Source: Glaucostegus cemiculus (taxonomy: Eukaryota). From it: a DNA stretch of 64,000 nucleotides. The notes beneath the pieces are model-generated. The model did not search any database. It worked only from the letters and a program-made list of their open reading frames with translations, and was not told where the DNA came from. Positions 1-13,817 of this stretch are shown here, piece after piece. The stretch covers positions 3,596,001 through 3,660,000 of the forward strand of contig CDPCPM010000149.1 in the NCBI GenBank assembly GCA_976551045.1. Reading direction: 5' to 3'. Every line of letters begins with the position of its first letter. The first letter of the stretch is position 1. The translations under genes were made by a program, and so were the position numbers.

Positions 1-886
1 CTGAAAGCTCGGGCGGGTGGTAGCAGTCTACGTATTGTGTCTCTGTATACCGGGGCCAGTCGATCATTTTGCTGTTCCTTTATCTGTTGACACTATCACT
101 TAGCTAAACATTGGCCGATCGATCTTTTCATTAGGTGATCAAACTGCAAATAGAGCAGGTGAGAAGCTTACTTTCTGAGGCTGGCAAGTTGGCCGTGCCT
201 TGCTTTCCACACACCGCCCTCGATTTTTTTTTGTGCAGGATCACATAAACTGACACGGGGAGATGGAATTCTGCCTCGTTGCGCTATGAGTATGTCTACA
301 CATTAAAGCCAACATCAATAGAATTCAGAACACACACTCAACGTTAATTCACCGCTGTTGCTTTCCTTTTACAAATACGTACCAGAGTGGTCCTGAAGAT
401 CGATGTTGCGATCCTACCGAAACTATCCCATCGCTTTCAGTCTTAATATCTCGGTACATCTTGTGCGAGATACAGTAATAATTATTTGCCCCGGATCAAC
501 AGGCAAGATGATACAGAAGTAATCTATTGTCGGCGTCATATTTAAGTCTCACTTGAAAAGATTTGTCATGTTTCAGCAGCCACGGACTATTTATAAGCGG
601 CATTGCTAAAATCAAAGTGGGGTAGAGACAATGAAAGTAAAGTTGTAACTTGCCTGCTGGCGTGCTTTGACGATTCTCGATCCCGCCGGTTACAGGTGCC
701 CACTTTAAGCTCTTTACACTTAAAGCAAGTTGCCAGAAGAGAGGCAGCCTCCCTCCCAATGTCCACTCTGTCCTATTCTGAGGAGGAAACCCCTGATGAT
801 ACACTTACAGAATTTTCCCTTTGTCCCGTCTAATCTTATTCGTTTCACCTTTTCACTAATCATAAGCCATGGCTGAGACTTTATTT

Positions 887-890
887 AGAG

Positions 891-942
<52 letters not shown>

Positions 943-946
943 AGCG
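887..946. repeat. (GA)n microsatellite
   Basis: Direct reading of the sequence. Confidence 0.95.
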
Positions 947-2209
947 AGACGAGGTCCACTGTTGCATAGTCAATAACGGCGCTTCATCAATGCATATACA
1001 AAAGGGGCGGTTGGGTGTGCAATACGATTGTATGTAGTATTTAATCAAGGCGAGATGCAAGATCTGAGCTTATTTTATTAAAAGTAAGCCAGTTGGTCAA
1101 ATTTGTTTGCGTGCATCTACGCTAAACTATGCAAAAAAATACGGCTAAGGTATCTTCTAAGGGATATAAATGGCTGGATTATAGGAGGTTGCATTTTATT
1201 TTTATACAAACTATATGTTAATAGTAAAGAACGGACGCATGTCTCAGTCATATGGATTGTGCATCTAATCGCTGATGGCCTATTAGTTTCACATAGAGAA
1301 AAGATGTATTGTTATGTCAAGTTTGCAGAAAATGGGTGATAAATCTGCACCTTGAAATTTCAAGCGTTATTCCTAGTTTCTCTTATGTGAGGACCAGGGC
1401 AAGGTGGAACAATGAGAAACAAACAATAATCTGTGTTATTTGAATAGGGGATTCACTTTTCCCGCTCATATAATGATTAATTCTGAAATTTTAGGGTTAA
1501 TAACATTTGGATTAAAAGTTTAAAATACTTACTTTAAAATTCAATAAATTATTCGCATTAAACAAATCCCTCAATAAAAGCCCATCTGGTGGATTATCCG
1601 GCCGGGTGTGTGTATTATATTTGATAATTGTCTACTGTACGCTAGATGGCAGCCGGATACAGCTGTTCTGAGATCTAATTTACGTCAAATACAAGGCACG
1701 TTAACAGCCTCCGCACTTTCTGCTGGACTTATCCTACAGTTAGATGCACAGCTCCCCAGTCTTCAAGACAATGACAACTTTTCTCCTTCTGCAAATCACA
1801 ATTGAAACCTCACCGGCGCTGCAGCTAGACCTCAGAACACAATCCCAAACAGAATAAAAAATCAAATATACAAAAAGGTCGCTCGCCGAATTAATATTAC
1901 AAGAGAGAGAAAAAAAAGAATGTTTTTTTTTCCTCTTTGACACAAAAGACAGGAGGTTCCTGTTTTATTTATTTATTTTCAGACAATGGTCCTTTAAAAC
2001 ACGGGGAAAAAGTTTGATTGTCAACTAACTTTTCTGATAATCTGAAATTTCGAGGCTGCTAGCCGCATTGTTTTATTACAAGCACGGGGTCCTCGTGTTG
2101 CTTTTTTGTGGTGACCACAAGCGACCCATACTAATAAGGTCTCAAAGTAAATACCAGCGCAGGAGATCTAATGTAAATTTTGCTTGTCAGAGCGTCGTAG
2201 GTAATAAAT

Positions 2210-2440
2210 AAGACGGCTAACCAATAGTGAGCAGGAGGCTGGCTAACCTTAGCCTCCCCAGCCCCAATTCAGGGCTATGACCAGTCGCCTTTGATTATCA
2301 GTTGCCAACAGCCCCTCTCTTGGCTCCTTGACATGAGCTCCATATAAGGCAGCGATCTCCATAGAAACGTGTCAGTTTCAATAGTAGTGTCAAAGTTCAC
2401 TATATACAGACATTCGCGCAGATCCCCCTTTCGGAAAAAT
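2210..2440 (+). promoter_or_regulatory. NR2F1 core/proximal promoter
   Basis: CCAAT (2221-2225), TCF/LEF-type CCTTTGAT (2288-2295), CArG/TATA composite CCATATAAGG (2340-2349), DR1 GTGTCA-A-AGTTCA (2387-2399) and second TATA-like CTATATA (2400-2406), ~800 nt upstream of the ATG. The TSS is inferred, not observed. Confidence 0.75.
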
Positions 2441-2940
2441 TGCTCCGCTAGTCTTCCCGTTTAAACGCATTCATTTTGTCTCCCCCTTGCATATTCTATT
2501 AGTTGTTTTTCCCTTCCTCCCTTTCTTTCCCCACTCCGCATGAGAGGTGAAAATAGGGCGTTTTAGCGTCGGCCGTCTTTTTTTTTGTCCTGGTGAGTTT
2601 TTTTTCTCTCTGACAATTCAGATCTTCGGAGAAGGATTTAACACTCGCCATACTTTACTTCGGATCGCGTGGTTATTTTTTTTTGCTGTGTGTGTCCCTT
2701 CGAATTGTGATCGTCTCTTTTCTTCCCCCCCCCCACACACCTCCCCCCCCCCCAACTCCTCTAATCTTTAACCCCTCGTTCCCTCCTATATTGCTTTCCT
2801 GAATGGCTGACTGCGTGTTGCCCTGGGTCTGGCCTCCCGACACTTGCGTACCCTGATCGGGATCTTTTATTTTATTCTTTTTTTTTTGGTGCCCATTTGT
2901 TTCGGTTACTGTTGATCAACACTCACTCATTCATTCACTG

Positions 2941-2943
<3 letters not shown>

Positions 2944-2993
<50 letters not shown>

Positions 2994-3001
2994 TGTGTGT
3001 G
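2944..3001. repeat. (GT)n microsatellite in the presumed NR2F1 5' UTR, one A interruption at 2987
   Basis: Direct reading of the sequence. Confidence 0.95.
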
Positions 3002-3028
3002 GGTGAGCTTTGATCGCAGTTGTATTCC

Positions 3029-3033
<5 letters not shown>

Positions 3034-3068
<35 letters not shown>

Positions 3069-3087
3069 TCTCCCTCCCTTTCTCTCT
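3034..3087. repeat. (CT)n / polypyrimidine tract in the presumed NR2F1 5' UTR
   Basis: Direct reading of the sequence. Confidence 0.95.
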
Positions 3088-3189
3088 TTTCATTTCTGTT
3101 ACCACCACCCAACTCTGCTCCCTACCCCAACAGGACAAAAAAAAATCCGTGCGATCAACTTGTTTTCCCGCACTTTTTGGGCCCGAGAT

Positions 3190-3634
3190 ATGGCAATGGT
3201 AGTTAGTACTTGGCGAGATCCTCAGGACGACGTGGCCGGAGCTCAGGGCGGCCAGTCTGCACAAGCGCAGCCGGGCCAGCAACAGCAGACGACGTCGGGT
3301 GCTCCACACACACCACAGACCCCGGGCCAGCCGGGGCCGCCTTCCACTCCGCTCGGAGCCAGCAGTCAGAGCGTCCAGCCGGGCGGTGAGAAGCAGCCGT
3401 CCAGCCAGCAGCAGCAGCACATCGAGTGTGTCGTGTGTGGGGATAAATCCAGCGGCAAGCACTACGGCCAGTTCACATGTGAGGGCTGTAAAAGTTTCTT
3501 CAAGAGAAGTGTTCGGCGAAACTTAACGTACACATGTCGTGCCAACCGGAATTGTCCTATAGATCAGCACCACCGCAATCAGTGTCAATACTGTCGCTTG
3601 AAGAAATGCCTCAAAGTTGGGATGAGACGCGAAG
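3190..3634 (+). CDS. NR2F1: COUP-TFI nuclear receptor, coding exon 1 (A/B domain plus both C4 zinc fingers of the DNA-binding domain)
   Basis: ATG at 3190 in good Kozak context (gagatATGG) reads [17 protein letters not shown]...[72 protein letters not shown]. Donor GAAG|GTGAAT at 3634/3635 (phase 1). NLTYT and DDVAG are NR2F1-type residues (NR2F2 has NLSYT, DEVPG). Confidence 0.97.
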
Positions 3635-4259
3635 GTGAATATTTATTTTATTAATCATTCGCTGTAAATGTGAGATCAGAGCTTGAAATCTCTCACTGTG
3701 TGATTTTGGTTCAGTCTTATCAAATGTGTTGGCATTTACTCACTGCAACACAGAGGAGTCGAACCAGTTAATTGTAAAATACAATTGATTCTGAAAAAAG
3801 ATGCTGGTTGCCAATGGATATTCTTAAAATATCCATCTTTTTTTTCAGTTTCGGTTAAGCTAAAAAATATCCCCGATCTCCCAGCTCCAAAGTTGATGGA
3901 GTTTAACAATTACAAGCATGGCTGCATATTTTTGTGGATTCAAATGGTTAATACATCGGTCTTTTCCCCCCCTGTAATTGTAAGTTAATCGTTTGCATTC
4001 ATGCATTAGATGTTTGGAGAATTTTCCAATTGTAACCGTGGGTGGGTGGTACAGTTTGGGGGAGTTTTTGCAATCCAGCGATTCTTTCTGCAATGTTATA
4101 TGCTTCAGATTTGTTTAAGAGACATAATGTGGTCTGCTTCGACCGGTAAAGCTGTGTTTAATATTTACGATTTTAGACGTCTAATTTCTACCATGTCACA
4201 TATTGAAATTTTGCATGGAAAATTTTCACTGATTATTCGCGAACTTTTTAAAAATATAA

Positions 4260-4892
<633 letters not shown>

Positions 4893-6357
4893 TAGTTCGG
4901 AAAGAAAAGGAGGATGAAAGAGACTGAAAGTTCAGTAAATTGGATCTGAATCAATAATGCTGTTCACAGTACATGAACAAGCAGAGATGTACGGTTTTAG
5001 CTTATTTATGTATGGAATGATATCAGTCAGGCACTATTTTTTTATCTAGCATGTTTTATTAAATAACTTAATCTAGTAACAATTGGAAAGTGATCAGTAA
5101 ATATTACAAATTAGTCGTGTTTTCAACAGCCTCTAAATCTTCAAACATTATTCCTTCACCTTGTGATCTGTTGGTAAACAGAACAAAGTGACAGAAGGAT
5201 AAAACAAGGGGTAAATAATTGCTGATGATATTATTGCTTAAAAATAAATTTCATAGACCTGTTCCAGTGCTCTATATCCGCAGCACGGCCACCACTCCCA
5301 CCCACCTCCCCACCACCGCCACCACCTCTCCCAGCTTTGACCGAACTTGTTTTGATTGTTAGCCAGAGGGGAATTCATGGGAAGCCTTTCTCAAAGCTGT
5401 TCAAGTTCTCCAAAGCCAAGAGCTTTTAGATAACCGAGAGCGTGCTTTTTGTTTTGCTATTTTCTTTCTCGCTAGCCTGTTAGTGAGGGCCGCTTGAAGT
5501 TACTGAAGCCTACAGGAGGTTTATTGTGGCTTTACCTTAGGTTTCTGGATAGTATTTTCAACCTCCCGTTCTGGATGCTTTCCAAGTGTTGGGTCGTGAC
5601 CCAAACTTCCTATTTTACTTTATTAATTCATATGGTAAAATATGGTTTCCCAGCAAATACATTAAAGCGCTTACAAATCGTCCAGTACCTTGTCCTGAAA
5701 GAAAACACGACTGTCTGCTCTTTTTTTGTTTCACAAAATGTTTCGAATTCTACAAGCTTCAGCAAATATCATCCACTAATACACTGGATTATTTTCATTC
5801 ACCAAATGTTATTTTGTAGAACATTGGTGCAAAACCCCAGCCGCCAGTCACTGGGCTTAACCTTGTCTTCATTAGACTATATTTCTATATTCATTGGAAA
5901 GTGTTACAGACAATATAACCACTTCGTTAACATAGCTGCCGTACCAAACTGCCAGTATAAAGGAGAGGTTGCACAGTATATTCTGATTGCCCTTTTTGTG
6001 TGAGTGATGTATGCATGGATATCACGTCTTGTTTATTATACCTTTATAATATAATTCCGTGCTCGATTATACAGCGTGTTCTATAGAATTAAGGGGGGAA
6101 ACTGCATTGCAGTGCAATGCACAGAAAGTATGTGTAACGCATGCTGTAAACAATAACACATACCAGTATCTATCACACAATGTTCCCGGACACTGGTGTC
6201 TCTGGCTCGGTTCTCTGCGGGAAATGGCGTACATCTGTACTTATTATTTAAGAGTGCCTTTGTTACTTGCACTCCAATGTTTTTGCTGTATTTTTTCCAT
6301 CAGACTGAAATATTCACAATACAAAGGTTTGTGTTATCAGATAACTAGTCCGTCAGC

Positions 6358-6515
6358 NNNNNNNNNNNNNNNNNNNNNNNNNNNNNNNNNNNNNNNNNNN
6401 NNNNNNNNNNNNNNNNNNNNNNNNNNNNNNNNNNNNNNNNNNNNNNNNNNNNNNNNNNNNNNNNNNNNNNNNNNNNNNNNNNNNNNNNNNNNNNNNNNNN
6501 NNNNNNNNNNNNNNN
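6358..6515. other. Assembly gap in NR2F1 intron 2
   Basis: Run of N. Confidence 1.
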
Positions 6516-6590
6516 CAATAAACCAGGATTAAAATAAAACAAAAGATGGTCTGATAGCGGCACTAATTCTGTTTTTCTTCGGCTGTCAAG

Positions 6591-6865
6591 ATGCCTGTGG
6601 CCTGTCGGATGCTGCCCATATAGAGAGCCTGCAGGAGAAATCTCAGTGTGCTCTGGAGGAATACGTGAGGAGCCAGTACCCTAACCAGCCGAGCCGCTTT
6701 GGCAAGCTCTTACTGCGACTGCCTTCTCTCCGTACCGTCTCCTCCTCGGTCATCGAACAGCTCTTCTTCGTCCGTTTGGTAGGTAAAACACCAATTGAAA
6801 CCCTCATCAGAGATATGTTACTGTCGGGGAGCAGCTTCAACTGGCCTTATATGTCCATCCAATGA
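6591..6865 (+). CDS. NR2F1: COUP-TFI coding exon 3 (LBD C-terminus, AF-2), ends TGA followed by a second TGA
   Basis: Branch-point-like CACTAAT (6561-6567), pyrimidine tract, acceptor tcaag|ATGCC; reads (D)[90 protein letters not shown]. Spliced CDS 445+528+275=1248 nt = 415 aa plus stop, with consistent phases. Confidence 0.97.
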
Positions 6866-7400
6866 TGAGAGGATACCCCTCCCCAAACAAAACAAAAAAA
6901 AAACAAAAGCATTTTAGGCGAGACTCCCTCTCTATTCAAGGACTTGAAAGTTCTTATAGGATGATATCTGTGAAAATAAAAGGACCTTCCAAGAGGCCAA
7001 GCTGTTGACTGTGGGATTTATTCTGTGAAAAGGATCTGAACCTGCATCATATGTAGAACCACACTTACCACAAGCATTGTTTATCATTTTGTAAAATATT
7101 AGTCTTTATTTTCTTTTTTTGTAAAATTAAAAAAAAAACATCGTATGCGCATTTTAAAACAAATCAGAAATTAGGGGGAAAATAACATTTTCCAAATAAT
7201 TATAAATTTGTCCTGTGTCTGTGTATCTATATCTGTTTTGTATTTTTTTTCTGGTTCCAAACCAGGTTTTCTGTGATTCTATACTAATTTTTTATATGAC
7301 CTTTTGCTTCATATAACGAGTGCGATTTATGTCGTCAAAACTATGTTCTCCAAGAATTAAAATTGAAATCAGAATTAAACAAATAAATAAAAGAATTTAG
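6866..7400 (+). other. NR2F1: NR2F1 3' UTR ending in a polyadenylation signal cluster (AATAAATAAA ~7382-7391); alternative AATAAA ~7786
   Basis: AU-rich sequence after the stop; overlapping AATAAA hexamers; block 7180-7400 resembles my recollection of the mammalian NR2F1 3' end. Confidence 0.65.
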
Positions 7401-8573
7401 CACAACGTTTTAAAAAAAGGAAACTTTGTCGCTTTAAGCGTACCAACCAGCCTGCAGTATTGGCGAAACTGACGTTTTAAAAAAGTGGTCAGATTATAAG
7501 AGAGCACTCCTAAATGTTAATAGAGAAAACGTGTTTTTAAACTCTCACGCTGTGGACGCTCTGAAGAACATTTGTATTCTGTGCCGATTCCCATTGCCTC
7601 TGTAGTTTTGGTCTGAGTGTCCAATGCACTTCTGTCTTTGATTTAACAAAGGTTTCCATGAACTCTGGAATTAGTTTGGCTGAAGTTGCTGATTTATATT
7701 CAGGACTAACCTTGATTAAAGTTTTATTTTGTTTATGAGAACTGCCCGCATCCCACCTCCGCAATGTATCCGACTTTCCACGTGAAATAAAAACTATTTT
7801 TTCCTATTTGTCCCCCATCCCACCAGCAACACCACCAAGTCTCTCAATCACCACTCCTCTTCCAATTTTTAATCATGTAACCAAACTTTCCTATCACTAC
7901 TGCCAAGCCTGTTTACCTGTAGACTTTAAAATAAACACAACGTCTAGAAAAAAAAAGTACAAGCGCCGTAATCTTGCAAACGCTGTACTGTGGCGTTGTT
8001 CTGTGGGTATGATGGAATATTCTTGTAAAAATGGTTGTTATGTTGGAACAGTTACAAAAGTGATATAAAAGAGATCTATCGTAGCTGTGTCTGTGTTATC
8101 TGTTCACTGGTGGTGTCGTTCTCAGTTCGATGATCGACAATATACATCTTAGAGAATACCCATCCCAGAGATTTATGGAAAATAATATGCGGGGCCTTAA
8201 TAATCATATAAATATTGTGTTTCCCTCCTCATGCTCTCAATGAGACCATTAAAGTTATATGATGGTTATATCTGGATAAAACAATACTTGGAAGAAGATT
8301 TGAAAACACTATCGCCTCCAAACAGTGTAGATGTAAAGACTGCTGTACCTTGCCTAGAGAAGGCTGTTGTAGATTTCAGTTGCTGCTTTCATTAATGTTT
8401 TATAATCCGGGTCAAAGCTCTAGCACACACTGTCATGGGAGAGCTTTCTTTAACAACTCTGCATCGAAATTAAACGTAACAGCCAACCCAGAGAAAAGCA
8501 GCACAAGGCACATTGTGAAGCCGAGAGAGTGGCTGTAAGTGCCTGTGTGTTAGTGGGAGTGAAAGTATATTGA

Positions 8574-8712
8574 NNNNNNNNNNNNNNNNNNNNNNNNNNN
8601 NNNNNNNNNNNNNNNNNNNNNNNNNNNNNNNNNNNNNNNNNNNNNNNNNNNNNNNNNNNNNNNNNNNNNNNNNNNNNNNNNNNNNNNNNNNNNNNNNNNN
8701 NNNNNNNNNNNN
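8574..8712. other. Assembly gap
   Basis: Run of N. Confidence 1.
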
Positions 8713-11700
8713 GCTTTCTGTTTCTATTTACATTTAACGAGAACCTGCTATCTAGCCGCTTGGGGTTTTTAACATTCTAGTCGCAAAGCTGCCGGATACA
8801 CAAGGCGATGGCCATAGACTCTTTTAGATGGAATAATTAACGTGTAACTGGATTGTCTCTACACGTTTTCCTGCACTTGTTTATATGCAGTGAAAAACAA
8901 CATATGCAGCAACACTTTATATACATGCCTACGCCGTCAAGATGAAGTACCAGAAAAAAAACCCTTGAAACATTACTGCGCACACCCTGGTTACACTTAA
9001 CATTATAGGTATTTCAGGGTAGTTTCAGTGGGCTTGACTACAACTTATTGTCTGTTGTCGCTGTGAGCGTTGCCCCTCAGGCCCTTGCTTCCTTCAACCC
9101 CGACTTTTACATTACCCTTGTACGGCCGCCCATCGACATCAAAGCCCCAATAGAAAATGATTTTTCATCGTTTCACCGTTAAATCCAATTAAAATACTTT
9201 TTTTTAACTTCTTGGTACAGGGTAGCACAGAGGCGTCCTATGATATTTCATTCTTGAACTGTGGGGCAGCGGTTATGTTCCAAAATGCACTTTGTTTTTC
9301 CTATTTTGAGGCACTGTTTCTAATTATTTGTTTAAATTCACAGATATAAACAAATCTTTTCTATTGCATGGCTCTGATTGTGAGATGTAAGAGTTGATTC
9401 CAGGATAGGTGGCAACCCCATCCTTTTAATACCGCGCAATTCCATTCTACAGAAATTAATAGGCTTGATGTTGTCTCTGATGCCATTGAACACGCAGGCC
9501 TGTCACTGTGTAAATACTGCATTCCACTTTCTTTATACTTAAGACATATTTGTACATTGAGCACATATTGTTTAATAACCGATAGTGTTTTATTTTAATA
9601 CCGACTTACTGTAAACCTGCGCAGACATTTTGTGAAACTGACAAAATGTCAGTATCTAAACCCAAACCGCTTAAGGCTTTATTCTCAAAATGTTCTCTTG
9701 TTTTGTTTTAATTTCCATTTTCTATTTAAGAAATGCAACTGAGCCGCCCTTTCGGTAGATTTTCCGACCAATACAATTTAATTTGAATATTCAAATATTA
9801 ATAGTTCTTTTAAAAGCAAAGTCCAGGTCATCATTACAAACTATCAACGTTCAAACTGGAACTGAAGGTTAATTTCAACTCTAGGTATCTGAATTCGACA
9901 TTTATTTGATGCATTTGACAATGTATTGTGATGCAGGCTGAGTAAAACGCCGATTATATTGGGGGTGACAAACATATTTATATTAAAGTCTGTCCTTTAC
10001 TTGGAGAAGTCGTAGTCCACTCAAGTACTTTGATAGCATGTGAAGCCAGACTCAGTTACACCAGATGGTAGCAAACAAATATGGCGGTCTTAAAAGGATT
10101 TTAGACGCACCAAAAAATAATGATTTCTTCTGAACAATTTCGGTATTGACACGTGAAACAGTGAGAGAAAAAAAAAATGAAAGCATCTTGGAGGCAAAAT
10201 TCGTAGCTTAATTTCTGTCGTCAAGACGTTAAAAAACAAAGCTGGGAATTTTACAGTGTGTGGCCATTCTGTCTGGTCCGTAGATTATACTTCCTTATCC
10301 TGGAGGATATTCTCCAGCTACTTCTATTTGTATTCTTTAGTTGGACTCTAAGTACCACAATGATTTATTCCTATCAAAATTGTGAAATGTTAGTGTGAAC
10401 ACTTTTCCCCACACAATACTGTTTCCATATTTAAATGCTCCTCTGTTCCTTACCTATTTGAAATAATTTTTTGCAAATGATTTAATTTCTAATCATGCTG
10501 TTCTTTTCTCCCCAATAAATTCTTCTGAAATTGAAAGCAGGACTCTCAAATTATTTTGCTGAGAAGGATCTAACATGCTGTGACTTCATGACTTTTAACC
10601 ATTGACTTTACAGCATGGTTAATAGGAGAGGCTGGATTGGTGTTATGCCTTAGGAATAAATTCTAAATGAAATAAGACCCTGAATTAAGGAAAGATGTTT
10701 CACAAATTAAGATAATCCAAAAATCTAGTGAGTTTAAGAGCTGATTTGGAGATGGGATGGGGAAGCGGTTGGAGCAATAAGATATCCCGAGCTTTTACCA
10801 TCCCAGCAACTGAAATTGAAAAGCTGGTCTTTATTTTTTTGGGGGGGGCGTATATGTTTGGTGGGGGGGATGTGGTGGTGGATGAAGGGGGTTATAGTAC
10901 TATCAATGCATAAATTAATCTGGACATGAGTCTGAGCAATTAAATGCAGGATAAGTGTATGTATTTAACTATGTTAGTGTACTTTTAATAAAACGTGAAA
11001 CCAGCCGTGTATTGTTCTTATAATAAATGATGTTCATTTTGCAAATATGTTTTATTCTTTCACAAAAAAAAGTTGCACTTCTTATTTTTTAAAAAGCTGA
11101 AGTACATTCTGTCAAATTATTGAGCTGTTGGGTGCAGGATTCAGTCGGCTTCCTTCATCCATCCCAGCCCATCCTTTTGACCTGAATTATCACCATTATC
11201 ACTCCACATCCTCTGTTTATCCGAATTTCCTTTTCAACCCTTCGTCTTGTCTTTCCCAATGTCCAGTTAGTTTTTCAACTCACCGTTTGGGTTATACTTT
11301 CCGAAGCACCCCATCTTTTCTCCAGTTTCCCCGAATTCTCGAGCCCACTGCCCTGAACCATTTCTAGAACATCTCTTCCCCCTCTTTGCCTGAATTTTCA
11401 CACTTGTCTACCCTCTACTTTAGGTCCTGAATTCATCTTGGAGACCTAATAGTATTCCCTTCTCGACTGTTAAGTTATCCCTTAACCACTTACTTTTATT
11501 TCTTTTTTTAACCGAGTTTTTTTTGTGAAACTTTTAAATTAACATCATTCCCTCATCCACTTCCAACCCCTCCCCCGCCCCCATTCCAATTCATACTCCC
11601 TTTTTATTTAGTTTGATTTCAGTTTCTCGAATGGATTGACCAGTGTCTTTCAGGTGTATTTTAAGCTGATGTAATCACAATGTTTGTTTAAAAAAATCAA

Positions 11701-13670
11701 AAGAGAAAGTCCCTTTGGGATCTAACTATGTAAAGGCGAAGTACTGTTTGAACCATTTCTGTTAAATATGTGTTTATTACGGTTCCAGTTGAGCGAAATG
11801 AATTTATTTTCATTCCACCTGTCTGTTTTCACCGCTTAACTCTTCACTTTTTTTTGCAGTTCGAGCACGCTTTAAAAATAACAAATTAAAAAGATATTTG
11901 ATCGGCCTGACTTTAAGCTGCAGAGCGAATCCCATGGTTTTGGAGAAAGCGAGGGTTTGCGATTAATCCTGAAAAGTAGTTTGTTTTTAAACGCCCCCAC
12001 CCCCACCGTGGTCGTCGGAAGAGGTGGTTTTATTTTACAGGCAGATGCCATTTGTCAAATAGGAAAAGTACGTTTACCTTCCAAGTTCTCGCACTTCCGA
12101 ACCAAGTATTTCCACAAAACACATCTATTAATCTCCATACGTGCGGTCGAAGTTAAAACTCGTTCAATTTTTGCACTAATTATCTGGTGACCATTGTAAT
12201 TGAGTGACATTTGGAATTAATGGAAAAATGTGGGTGAACGAGTGGAAACTAATAAAACTCTTTTTTTTTAAATAGCGACTTGTTCTGGGTACATGGCGTC
12301 TCCGTGTCTTTCACTTAGAGAGCCAAGAGTTTTATTCCTAAATGAGTTAAAGACCCATTTACCGATGTCGTGTTCTATTCATCAACCTACAAGTCGAGAG
12401 TCTTACATGAAACTATTTGTTTGCTTACACAACCAGCTGGGCGCAATTTCACGTCTGAGATATCCATCTGAAAGCGACTCTCATTTATTATACCCGCTTG
12501 TCAGGAAAACGTTTCAAACCCAACACCGATGAATCCGAGTTCCAGCGTCCACCCACTCCATAAAAAAAAATCACCCTGAAAAAGTTCACACCACACATTT
12601 CGCTATCTTTAGAAGGGAGAGCGCAAGTGCACAGCCCAGATTCATGTCGTGTCAGCCACTAGGAACTCCATTACGACCTTCCGCGACTTACTCTCTGATT
12701 AAAGAGAGACGTAATAGCCATTTATTTAATAGAAAAAAAGCAAAACGGTTGTCCTTGGATTGGAACTTTTCAAACAGTAAAAGTTTTCTTTCGGCCAGTG
12801 CTCAAAAAAATATAAAACGCAGTTAAATACTTTATGTTTAAATACTTTAATAGTCGATGCCTCATGTTAGATTAACGCCCTCTCCCTATATCTGCGTTAA
12901 TAATCACTGTTCATTTTATCACACTCTGTATAAATACGCATATATGGCATGGCATCATACCAATAGTTCAAAGGTTGCTGCCATTCAGTATTGTACTTTC
13001 TCAAGAAACTTATTTACACTGTAGACAAAAGTGTGTGTGTGCGTGCTTGCGTGTCGGGGAGGGGTGATGTAGAGTGTAGGTTGTAGGTTGGGGTAACACT
13101 TGTTAGATGCACTGAGATTGCTTTGTCAGCATTGCTGGGTTGCAAATGTATTTTCTTTCTGGATCATTTCATAAAATGGCTTGATATAATCGCCGTGTAC
13201 GTGACAATTGGATTTATTAAAAAAAACCAAAAAGCTCTAGAGCAAAATAAGACAAAACATTGTGGCTTCTCTCTCTCACACCCACCCACACACATACCCG
13301 TCTGCCCCAGCACTCCTACCCCAGCCACCAGCCATCAAGACACCCCACCCCCACCCCTACCCAACCACTCCCTTCCCAACCCTACCTCCCCGCAGAAGAC
13401 CAGACACAGGTCAGCTACCAGGCTCAAAAGTGTTACCGGGCAAGACGACGGCTGCATGTTATGCACATGTCTAGAATCTCAGATTAAAAATAAAAGCTAC
13501 CGGATATTAAGCATCCCATTCGTAAAGGATATTTTTTTCTTGAAAAGGGGGCTAGGGAAATGCATTCTGTGAGCGAACCGTTTGTGTTGATTTAGGAAGA
13601 AGTTTGCTGTATATAACGTTCAAGGGTGATAATATCATTGCTTGGCCAGATAAAACATTGCCCAAACCAA

Positions 13671-13817
13671 NNNNNNNNNNNNNNNNNNNNNNNNNNNNNN
13701 NNNNNNNNNNNNNNNNNNNNNNNNNNNNNNNNNNNNNNNNNNNNNNNNNNNNNNNNNNNNNNNNNNNNNNNNNNNNNNNNNNNNNNNNNNNNNNNNNNNN
13801 NNNNNNNNNNNNNNNNN
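13671..13817. other. Assembly gap
   Basis: Run of N. Confidence 1.

Noticed and set aside
3010-3189. 60-codon in-frame N-terminal extension of NR2F1 from TTG
   Set aside because: Non-ATG start, mostly translated (CT)n repeat; the conserved protein starts at MAMVV (3190).
2927-3462. Antisense and alternative-frame ORFs over exon 1
   Set aside because: Shadows of microsatellites and GC-rich coding sequence.
5494-6532. Intron 2 ORFs (169 aa, 157 aa)
   Set aside because: Non-ATG starts, no recognisable homology; one runs through an N gap.
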